Below are positions 8,218 through 15,978 of a stretch of DNA of 16,748 bases, piece by piece (within the stretch, counting starts at the first letter, position 1; each line of letters starts with the position of its first letter). The stretch comes from Promethearchaeota archaeon (GTDB taxonomy: Archaea; Asgardarchaeota; Lokiarchaeia; Sigyniarchaeales; SOKP01). Both the position numbers and the translations under genes were made by a program. Below the pieces are notes generated by a model, which ran no database searches, was not told the DNA's origin, and saw only the letters and a list, made by a program, of their open reading frames with translations. The DNA lies in NCBI GenBank assembly GCA_016839705.1, contig JAEOTR010000069.1:1-16748 (forward strand), written 5' to 3'.

Positions 8218-9963
8218 ATGAGTCAGATCTATAATAAAATCTCAGAAACCTTGTTTCAGAAGTTTGAAGAGATAGTAGGAAAAAATTACTTCTTTACTGA
8301 AGAGGTGCATAAATGGGCCTATACTTTTGGTAGCACAATGATAGAACCAGAATGGGCTCCTGAATTAATTTTAATTCCACAAAATTTGAAACAAATTTCT
8401 GAAATTTTAAGGCTTGCTAATAAAAATAAAATCCCTGTAACACCAAGGGGAAGTGGAACAAGCTTATCAGCAGGACCTTTAACCCCCTATGGAGGGGTAA
8501 TATTAGATCTAAGCGTTATGAATAGAGTAATATCAATCGATATTGAAAATAATTTAGTTGAGGTAGAACCTGGAGTAATTTGTGATGAATTAAATGAAAA
8601 ATTAAAGCCTTATGGTTATTTTTTTCCTCCAGATCCAGGATCAAGTTCTGTTGCGACTATAGGGGGGATGGTAGCGACAAATGCCGGAGGTGTACAAGCC
8701 TTTAAATATGGGGTCACTCAAAATTATGTACTTTTTTTAGAAGTAATCTTCCCAGATGGCAATTTGGTGAAATTGGGGTCAAATGTATTAAAATCTGTAT
8801 CTTCTTACAATCTCAAAGATTTAATTATAGGATCAGAAGGAACTTTAGCGGTTATCACTCAAATAGGATTAAAGATACGTCCTTTACCTAAGGTTCGAAA
8901 AACAGGTTTATTTATGTTTGATGATATTGATAAATTAGCAGATGCTGTATTAGAAATAAGAAGAAAAGGAATTATTACTAATTTATTTGAATTTATGGAT
9001 AAAGTAACTGTCACAGCAATCTTCGAATTCTTGGGGGGTGAATTTGAGCAATATCCAAAAGATTATGCTTTATTGGCTGAAATTGATGGGTCAAATGAGA
9101 ACGCTATTCAAGAAGAGTTTTCTATTTTATTTGATATTATGATTAAAAACAATCCAACGTTTTATAAAATCGCAAATAACCTTGAAGAACGAGAAATTTT
9201 AGTAGGAGCTAGAAAATCCGCGCTTCCCGCTTATTGTAGGATAGGCCCTTCTTGTTGTGTTGAGGATTGCACAATAAAAATTACCGATTTTGCAGAGGTA
9301 GTGAAAAAATTTGAGAATATTAGGCAGGAGTTAGATATCCCGAATATTACCACCGCAATGGTTTGTCATATGGAGGGAAACATGCATCCTACTTTTATTT
9401 TTAATGAAAATGACCCTAATGATCGTGCAGATTTTAAAAAAGCAGTGGATTATTTGTATAAAAAGATTATCATCCCTATTGGTGGATCTATTACTGGAGA
9501 ACATGGAATTGGAAAAGTAAAGACCCCTTTCTTAGAATTAGAGCATGGAGATGAAGTAGTAGATCTTATGTATCAAATTAAAAAACTTCTTGATCCTAAT
9601 TTTATCTTAAATCCGGGTGTAGGGAAGGGAGACATTCGCCCCTTAAGGATAACCGATCTAAACAGAAATTTAAAAAACCAACCTAATAAACTCTTGGAAT
9701 TAAATTGCATGAGATGTGGCTTTTGTCAAACTTCTTGTCCTTCTAGGATTTTTTATAAATCTGAAGCGTATAGTCCAAGAGGCCGATTAAGCTTGTTAAA
9801 TTCATTAGTACATGATGAAATAGATTTAAAAAGTAAGGCACTTATTAATGAAATTTTTCATGCTTGTACCCTTTGCGGACTATGTTATTCTAAATGCCCT
9901 GCAGGAGTAAGAACTCATGAAATATTTGAAAAAGCAAGAGAAATTCTTCATAAGAATAGCTGA
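8218..9963 (+). CDS. FAD-linked D-2-hydroxyacid (probable D-lactate) dehydrogenase, GlcD/Dld family, fused to a C-terminal 2x[4Fe-4S] domain
   Basis: Motifs PRGSGTSLSAG, FPPDPGS, TIGGMVATNAGG, GSEGTLAVIT, HMEGNMH, TGEHGIG and LDPNFILNPG; then CMRCGFCQTSCP and CTLCGLCYSKCP. It ends 5 nt before larA. Confidence 0.9.
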   Translation: MSQIYNKISETLFQKFEEIVGKNYFFTEEVHKWAYTFGSTMIEPEWAPELILIPQNLKQISEILRLANKNKIPVTPRGSGTSLSAGPLTPYGGVILDLSVMNRVISIDIENNLVEVEPGVICDELNEKLKPYGYFFPPDPGSSSVATIGGMVATNAGGVQAFKYGVTQNYVLFLEVIFPDGNLVKLGSNVLKSVSSYNLKDLIIGSEGTLAVITQIGLKIRPLPKVRKTGLFMFDDIDKLADAVLEIRRKGIITNLFEFMDKVTVTAIFEFLGGEFEQYPKDYALLAEIDGSNENAIQEEFSILFDIMIKNNPTFYKIANNLEEREILVGARKSALPAYCRIGPSCCVEDCTIKITDFAEVVKKFENIRQELDIPNITTAMVCHMEGNMHPTFIFNENDPNDRADFKKAVDYLYKKIIIPIGGSITGEHGIGKVKTPFLELEHGDEVVDLMYQIKKLLDPNFILNPGVGKGDIRPLRITDLNRNLKNQPNKLLELNCMRCGFCQTSCPSRIFYKSEAYSPRGRLSLLNSLVHDEIDLKSKALINEIFHACTLCGLCYSKCPAGVRTHEIFEKAREILHKNS

Positions 9964-9968
9964 AAAAA

Positions 9969-11243
9969 ATGGTAAAAATTGATTACGGTAAAGAGGGTTT
10001 AGAAATCTCTATTAATCCCTCATGGAATGTAACTATTTTTCATCCTAGGGCGCAAGCAGCGTTAGAAAATCCCATCAAGCAAATCAGGATGGCAATTAAA
10101 AACCCAATCAAAGGAAAATCCTTACAGAAAATAATTGAAGACAAAAAAAAAATTAATAAAATATGTATAGTCGTTTCAGATGTAACACGTCCCGTTCCCT
10201 CACACATTATTCTTGAAGGTTTAATCGGAGAATTAAATGATTATGGAATTTATGACAACCAAATCTTAATATTACTCGCTACTGGCTTACACAGACCATC
10301 AAGATCAGATGAAATAGAGAGAATAATTGGAAAAAAATTGATAGATAGATTAGAAGTTAAAAATCATGTGGCTACTGATATAAATTCACTCCAATATTTT
10401 GGGAATACTGAAGAAAATACCCCCATCTATATCAACAAGTATTATTGCACAAGTGATGTAAAAATAATAACGGGGTATGTAGAACCTCATTTTTTCTTTG
10501 GTTTTTCCGGTGGAAGAAAGTCTATAATTCCAGGTATTGCTGGGAACGAAACTATCCAAACAAACCATTCAGCTGAGAAGATTTCATCCCCATTTTCTCG
10601 TTTTGGGATCTATAAAGAAAATCTACATCATAAAAATTCAATGGAAATATGTCAGATGGTGGGTGTGGATTTTACGGTTAATGTTTGTATAAATAAAAAC
10701 CACGAAATTGTACAAGTTGCTGCAGGAGATTTTGAAAAAGTTCATGAAACTCTTGTAGATTACCAATTCAAACATTTATGTACTGAAATAAAAGAGCCCT
10801 ATGACATTGTAATATGTGGAAATGGAGGATATCCATTAGATTTAAATTTATATCAAGCGGTCAAAAGTATGGCTTTAGGAGAATTAGCAGTTAAACAAGA
10901 TGGAACTATTATTTCTGTAAATGAATGTATTGATGGAATAGGTGAAGAGATGTTTAAAGAATTACTTTTTTCAGGGAAAAGCCCTGAGGATCTATATAAT
11001 TCAATTATAAATAGGGAGATTATAGTCCCGGATCAATGGGAAATCCAGATTTTGGCTCGAATTCTTATGAAATCAGATGTTTTCGTAGTTTCAAGGCTTA
11101 AGGAAAATGAAATAGGAAATATAGGTTTGAAATATGCAAGTAATGTTGAAGAAGCTATAAATGAATCAATCAAAAAATATGGCCCCAGGGCAAGAATATT
11201 AATTTTGCCAAACGGCCCTCAAACCCTCCCTCTCTTAAAATAA
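9969..11243 (+). CDS. larA: Nickel-pincer nucleotide-dependent lactate (2-hydroxyacid) racemase
   Basis: All LarA hallmark motifs are present: SDVTRP, ATGLHR, EPHFFFGFSGGRKS, TNHS, GGYPLDLNLYQAVK and PDQW. Confidence 0.93.
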   Translation: MVKIDYGKEGLEISINPSWNVTIFHPRAQAALENPIKQIRMAIKNPIKGKSLQKIIEDKKKINKICIVVSDVTRPVPSHIILEGLIGELNDYGIYDNQILILLATGLHRPSRSDEIERIIGKKLIDRLEVKNHVATDINSLQYFGNTEENTPIYINKYYCTSDVKIITGYVEPHFFFGFSGGRKSIIPGIAGNETIQTNHSAEKISSPFSRFGIYKENLHHKNSMEICQMVGVDFTVNVCINKNHEIVQVAAGDFEKVHETLVDYQFKHLCTEIKEPYDIVICGNGGYPLDLNLYQAVKSMALGELAVKQDGTIISVNECIDGIGEEMFKELLFSGKSPEDLYNSIINREIIVPDQWEIQILARILMKSDVFVVSRLKENEIGNIGLKYASNVEEAINESIKKYGPRARILILPNGPQTLPLLK

Positions 11244-11363
11244 ATGATTATACTAATTTTACATCTTAAGATGGTATAAAAACCTCAACGTTTTCTGTTT
11301 AAAAATTTATCTTTTAATTAATTTTTTATAGGTAAATTTGAATTAAATTAATATAGGTATAAA

Positions 11364-11387
11364 ATTTGATTCGAAAACGGATCAAAT
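11364..11387 (+). other. Intergenic hairpin or inverted repeat
   Basis: atttgattcg-aaaa-cggatcaaat gives a 10-bp stem with one U.G pair and a 4-nt loop. Confidence 0.45.
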
Positions 11388-11454
11388 AATATAAGAATAT
11401 ATTCATCAGTCAAAAGCATATAGCAATTATAATCTCAAGAATGTTCTATAATTA

Positions 11455-13203
11455 GTGGAGTTTCTCAAGAAGATTATAAACAGAAAGATGCCGAAAATTT
11501 TAGTAAAATTAAGGAATATCACAGCAATAAGCTATATTACAATTACGTTAAACTTAATTTGTATAGCATTTGGTATCCTATACATTATAAATCCGTTGAT
11601 TTCAATTTTAATGAATATTTTTGGAATAATCCTCGTTTTAACTATTTTTGAAAATCTCTTGTTTATATATTTTACTCTTCATAAAAAAAATATTCTGAGG
11701 GTAAAAACGCAATATATCAGTTACGGCTTTTTGCTTCTCATCATTATTGCTATTCCTTGTATGATGTTAGGTAATTTACTTCTATCTGTAATATATTCAA
11801 ATAAGCTAATGGATACTATAGGTGCATATCTATTATTATATCTTGGGTATTTCGGGATTTTTAGTTATGGATTTTCATTTGCCCTATTTGAACTCAAACT
11901 ACTCTCTAATATTGATTTATATCTCTTTAAATTCTCATTATTTACTACAAATACGATAAGGCATAGCAGAATAAGGAAAATTTCAAGAAAAATATTAGTT
12001 ACATTATCAAGAATTACGTTTATTTTCGGTATTGTATTTGCTGTAGTTATAATATTTGGGTCATTTGAAGTAGTTACGACTTTTGTAGCTATTGTTTCTG
12101 GTCAATTTGGCACTTTCTTTTCAATAATATTTCTAGCAAATACACTTTTGCTTTTAAAGTTAAAACGTCGAAAAAGAACCACGAAAAAATATTACAAGAC
12201 AGCATTAATTGGATTTTTTGTTTCTGGGTGTTTGTTAATGCCATTATTTTTTACAAATACAACCATAAAAAATGCTGAAAATACATTTTCAACTGCTTTT
12301 GGTAGTAATTGGAGAGATCAAATTCCCTCTGGATCAAATGATTATTTCTTACCAACACCCTTTTCTCTCACAAGTTATTTTTTAGGCTCTCGACCAAAGG
12401 CATCCATAATCGAAACCAATACTCTCTTTTATAATGATGAAGGTATAAAACTTTACTTCGATTCTTATAAAGCTTTAAATGGAGGGGAAAGCCTTCCGGG
12501 AGAAAACTCAGTTATAATTCGAATTCATGGAGGAAGTTGGGTTTCTGGTGATAAGGGAATGATGAATATGATGCAGATGAATAAATACTTTGCAGCACAA
12601 GGATATATTGTATTTGATATTCAATATGGCTTGGATCAGAACCTATTATTCGGGTTAGATCCACTAACTCCCGAATATAAAAAAGGAAACTTTGATATAG
12701 ATGATATGATGCGCCATATAGGAGTATTTACTCAATACCTTGTGTCACATGCAGATGAGTATGGAGCAAATTTAAATTCGGTATTTGTGAGTGGAGGATC
12801 AGCAGGAGGACACCTTGCTAGCGCAGTTGCTCTAGCAATAGCAAGCGGGAACTACACGGAAATATTTGGAACAGGTTTAACAATAAAAGGTTTAATCCCG
12901 TTCTACCCTGCAAATGGTCAAATGGTTTTCTTTGGGATTAGTGGGAGTTATGAATTTACAAACCCCGAAAATTTAATAGGTCAAAATAGCCCCCCATGCC
13001 TAATTTTTCAAGGAACTCATGATATCCTTAATTATTTTAGTATTTCCGAAAGAATTAGAAATAATTACCGCGCTAAAGGAATCAGTGAATGTGCAATTTT
13101 ATGGATGCCATTTGGAGGTCATGCTTCTGATTTTTACTTCACAGGTTATTATAATCAAATCTTCCTCTATTTTATGGAAAGATTCATGTATCTATATCAT
13201 TAG
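11455..13203 (+). CDS. Polytopic membrane protein with C-terminal HSL-family (GDXG-type) esterase/lipase domain
   Basis: About seven hydrophobic segments in the first ~270 aa, then the HGGSW oxyanion motif, GGSAGG nucleophile, GTHD acid and GGHASD His. The start is either GTG 11455 or ATG 11488. Confidence 0.88.
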   Translation: MEFLKKIINRKMPKILVKLRNITAISYITITLNLICIAFGILYIINPLISILMNIFGIILVLTIFENLLFIYFTLHKKNILRVKTQYISYGFLLLIIIAIPCMMLGNLLLSVIYSNKLMDTIGAYLLLYLGYFGIFSYGFSFALFELKLLSNIDLYLFKFSLFTTNTIRHSRIRKISRKILVTLSRITFIFGIVFAVVIIFGSFEVVTTFVAIVSGQFGTFFSIIFLANTLLLLKLKRRKRTTKKYYKTALIGFFVSGCLLMPLFFTNTTIKNAENTFSTAFGSNWRDQIPSGSNDYFLPTPFSLTSYFLGSRPKASIIETNTLFYNDEGIKLYFDSYKALNGGESLPGENSVIIRIHGGSWVSGDKGMMNMMQMNKYFAAQGYIVFDIQYGLDQNLLFGLDPLTPEYKKGNFDIDDMMRHIGVFTQYLVSHADEYGANLNSVFVSGGSAGGHLASAVALAIASGNYTEIFGTGLTIKGLIPFYPANGQMVFFGISGSYEFTNPENLIGQNSPPCLIFQGTHDILNYFSISERIRNNYRAKGISECAILWMPFGGHASDFYFTGYYNQIFLYFMERFMYLYH

Positions 13204-13374
13204 ATTATAAATTCGTTAGGAAGAACAATAATATCAGCTTATTTCAATCCTCATAAAATTATTTTGTTATTTCTTAATTTTCTAATTAGGATCTTGATTT
13301 ATTTATTATAAGTGTTAGAGCCCTCCCACATTATTCCCGTGAGGTTGTTTGTTCGTAAACAAGTCACAAGTCTG

Positions 13375-13392
13375 TATAAAAAAGTTTTTATA
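13375..13392. promoter_or_regulatory. Palindromic TATA-like element upstream of tfb
   Basis: tataaaaa-ag-tttttata reads as an A-rich BRE plus TTTTTATA on both strands. Confidence 0.4.
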
Positions 13393-13573
13393 TGGTAGAT
13401 GAACTTAAAAGATCTTAAAAGTATCATATCAAAAACAGATCACATTTATAATTTAAAACTGATAAGTTTTTTTACATAAGTGAGTATTATCTGTTTGAAA
13501 CATTATAGAAATTTGTAGCAAAAAGATCACCTACCGATCACTACAATATCTAAAACAAATGAAGTGAATAGAA

Positions 13574-14503
13574 ATGAGCTATAGGGATCGCTTACGATCA
13601 ACAAAAACACCGGAAGAGGACACCAGTTGTAATACTGAAGCTCAATGTTGCAGTAATCCGTGTATTGAGCCACGAGATGGTGACGCCGTTTGTGTAAATT
13701 GTGGTATGATTCTCGGACGTAATCTTGTAGGAAACGAACGAAGAGCTTACACTGTTGAAGAAGTCAACAAAAGACGCAGAACAGAACCTCGATGGCGTGA
13801 ATTTGGACCCCGTACTATGTTACCAAACTCGAAAATTGATTCAAAAGGAAGACTAATAAATGCACGTGGTAAAACTTTATTCTCACGATTATCCAAAATT
13901 CAGAATTCTTTAATCTCAAGCATCGAAAGAAATTTTTGGGAAGCAAAACCTAAACTTAAAATGCTAACAAGCAAAATGAACATCCCAGAGTACATAAAGG
14001 AAACCGCATGGAAAATATATTCAGTAGTAGCGAAGAAAAAATTAACCATGGGAAGATCTATTGATGGGTTTATCGCCGCATCACTTTATGCAGCTATCAG
14101 AGTACATGAATTTCCTCGATTATTGGAAGAAGTGTGTGAAGCTTCAATGACTCCTCGGAGAACTGTACACCGTTCTTTAGGTATGGTTGTCAAAGAAGTA
14201 TTACCTGAACTTTCGTTAAAATACAAACCAATAACCGCAGAACAATTAGTATTTAGGTTCGGGAACGACCTTGGATTACCAATGGAAACACAGAAAATCG
14301 CAATAAACATGCTTGTAGAGGCGTCTAAAAACGGACTCTTACGAACTGGAAAAGATCCTAAAGGTTTAGCAGCAAGTGTAATTTACATGGCAGCTAAAGC
14401 AGGAAATCACCGAAAAACACAGGCAGAAGTTAGTGAGGTTGCAAAAGTCACAGAAGTGACATTAAGGAGTCGTTCTAAGCAAATCAAGAGCAAACTTCGA
14501 TGA
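13574..14503 (+). CDS. tfb: Transcription initiation factor IIB (TFB), atypical N-terminus
   Basis: Zn ribbon ending in CVNCG. Two cyclin repeats with GRSIDGFIAASLYAAIR and GKDPKGLAASVIYMAA, and the C-terminal HTH TQAEVSEVAKVTEVTLRSR. Confidence 0.95.
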   Translation: MSYRDRLRSTKTPEEDTSCNTEAQCCSNPCIEPRDGDAVCVNCGMILGRNLVGNERRAYTVEEVNKRRRTEPRWREFGPRTMLPNSKIDSKGRLINARGKTLFSRLSKIQNSLISSIERNFWEAKPKLKMLTSKMNIPEYIKETAWKIYSVVAKKKLTMGRSIDGFIAASLYAAIRVHEFPRLLEEVCEASMTPRRTVHRSLGMVVKEVLPELSLKYKPITAEQLVFRFGNDLGLPMETQKIAINMLVEASKNGLLRTGKDPKGLAASVIYMAAKAGNHRKTQAEVSEVAKVTEVTLRSRSKQIKSKLR

Positions 14504-14511
14504 TCTGGTTA

Positions 14512-14571
14512 AAAACAGAGATATTTTTCTGTTTTGAGTAAAAGCAACACCTTTTTTTTTCTTTTTATTTT
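14512..14571 (+). terminator. Probable tfb terminator (hairpin followed by oligo-T tract)
   Basis: aaaacaga...tctgtttt inverted repeat at 14512-14535, then T9-C-T5 from 14552. Oligo-T tracts are established archaeal termination signals. Confidence 0.6.
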
Positions 14572-14645
14572 GAAAGCCATTTTAACCTAAATATTTATAT
14601 TAAATTTTGACAAAGTATAGTTAAATATCATATAAGTGTACAAAT

Positions 14646-15860
14646 ATGGCTATATTTGATATAATCATTAGCATTATAAGTATCGCAATAGGGTATTTTC
14701 TAGGTGGAATCTTACCTTCTTTTATTTTTGGTAAATTAAAAGGTATTGATATACGAGAGAAGGGAACCAAAAATGCTGGAACCTCAAATGCATTTAAAGT
14801 CTTAGGACTTACATATGCAATACCTACAGCGTTATTTGATACATTGAAAGGATTATTAGCCATGTTAATCGCATTTTCTTTAGGAGCGGAGCATATTATT
14901 ATCCAAATAAGTGGATTAGCTGCCATTGCTGGACATGTTTTTCCTTATTATCTGCATTTTAGAGGAGGACAAGGAAATGCAACCGCTACGGGGATTCTCC
15001 TTTATTACCTCGTATATTATTTTAGCGTGAGCATAGCTCAATTCTGGCAGTTTTTCTATGTGATCTTGCTTTTGATTGTATTGTTAGTCATCTTTATCTA
15101 TATTTCTAAGTCTGGTAGTCTGATGCCCATGGTACTATTTCCTTTGCTTGGTTATGCTGTTTTCTATATATACCCGACTAGTGGTTTCAATCTTTTTTTT
15201 GTTATCATCCTTATTCATATTGCTACAATAGGGATGTATAAAGTAATTACAGAGAAGAAATTAGTTATTACCGATGAACGATTTCTGTCGAGTTGGTGGA
15301 GAGTGGCTATACGCCCTGTTTCTCTTCTGTTTCTCATTTTTTATTTTATTGATGTTCAACTCGGATTAACTGTTATTGGAGTTGTAAGTTTAAGTTTTAT
15401 TGCTCTCGATATTTTTAGGTTTCTTCATAAACGGACAAATATATTGTTAACAGAAAAAACTACAGCAATTTTTAGAAAAGGTGAAGAGAAAAAATTCTCT
15501 ACAATGACATTATTTTTAATTTCTACATTCGTTATCGTGCTTTTTTTTGATTTGGAAATCGCAATAACCTCGTTAATATTTCTTGTATTTGGAGATATGT
15601 TTGGTAAAATATTTGGATTGGCATATGGGCGACATAAAATATTTGAAAAGACTTTTGAAGGTACTCTTGCTTTTTATGGATCCATAATCATTTTTGGTTA
15701 TATTCTTTATACCATGTTTAACGTACCTTTATTAATACTTATTTCTGGGGGAATAGCGGCTCCTTTAATTGAATTATTACCAATAGGAATAAATGATAAT
15801 TTTACTGTTCCTATAATAAGCGGAGCAGTGATGACCGCAACCAAAGTGTTTTTTCTATAA
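14646..15860 (+). CDS. plsY: Fusion of a PlsY-family glycerol-3-phosphate acyltransferase (N-half) and a CTP-dependent Sec59/Dgk1/Vte5-family lipid kinase (C-half)
   Basis: PlsY half: GYFLGG, DIREKGTKNAGTSNAFK, FDTLKG, GHVFP and FRGGQGNAT. Kinase half: FRKGEEKK, FGDMFGKIFGLAYGRHKIFEKTFEG and NDNFTVP. Confidence 0.85.
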   Translation: MAIFDIIISIISIAIGYFLGGILPSFIFGKLKGIDIREKGTKNAGTSNAFKVLGLTYAIPTALFDTLKGLLAMLIAFSLGAEHIIIQISGLAAIAGHVFPYYLHFRGGQGNATATGILLYYLVYYFSVSIAQFWQFFYVILLLIVLLVIFIYISKSGSLMPMVLFPLLGYAVFYIYPTSGFNLFFVIILIHIATIGMYKVITEKKLVITDERFLSSWWRVAIRPVSLLFLIFYFIDVQLGLTVIGVVSLSFIALDIFRFLHKRTNILLTEKTTAIFRKGEEKKFSTMTLFLISTFVIVLFFDLEIAITSLIFLVFGDMFGKIFGLAYGRHKIFEKTFEGTLAFYGSIIIFGYILYTMFNVPLLILISGGIAAPLIELLPIGINDNFTVPIISGAVMTATKVFFL

Positions 15861-15978
15861 ATTCTAAGAATTCACTACATAGGGCTTAGGTTGATTTTTT
15901 AAGAGTTAGTAATTTGCTGTAGGTCTTATAGTTTAAAATAAAAATAAATATGCGTATTTTTATCTACCTTATGACGGT

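Noticed and set aside
9961-9975. Selenocysteine readthrough of the dehydrogenase TGA into CCG domains
   Set aside because: The frame closes after three codons (AAA AAA TGG TAA) and larA starts there.
13399-13479. 26-codon upstream ORF in the tfb leader
   Set aside because: No RBS, it starts too close to the candidate TATA element, and this length is expected by chance.
14500-14522. SECIS-like string ATGA-TCTG-GTTAAAAA-CAGA-GAT at the tfb stop; readthrough would add Sec-Ser-Gly
   Set aside because: The stem is only 4 bp, the motif includes the stop codon itself, no Cys is expected at this position in TFB, and a longer competing terminator hairpin explains the sequence.
10386-14926. Short ORFs 10386-10568, 13019-13210, 14086-14310 and 14621-14926
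   Set aside because: Shadow or alternate-frame ORFs overlapping larA, the lipase gene, tfb and plsY.
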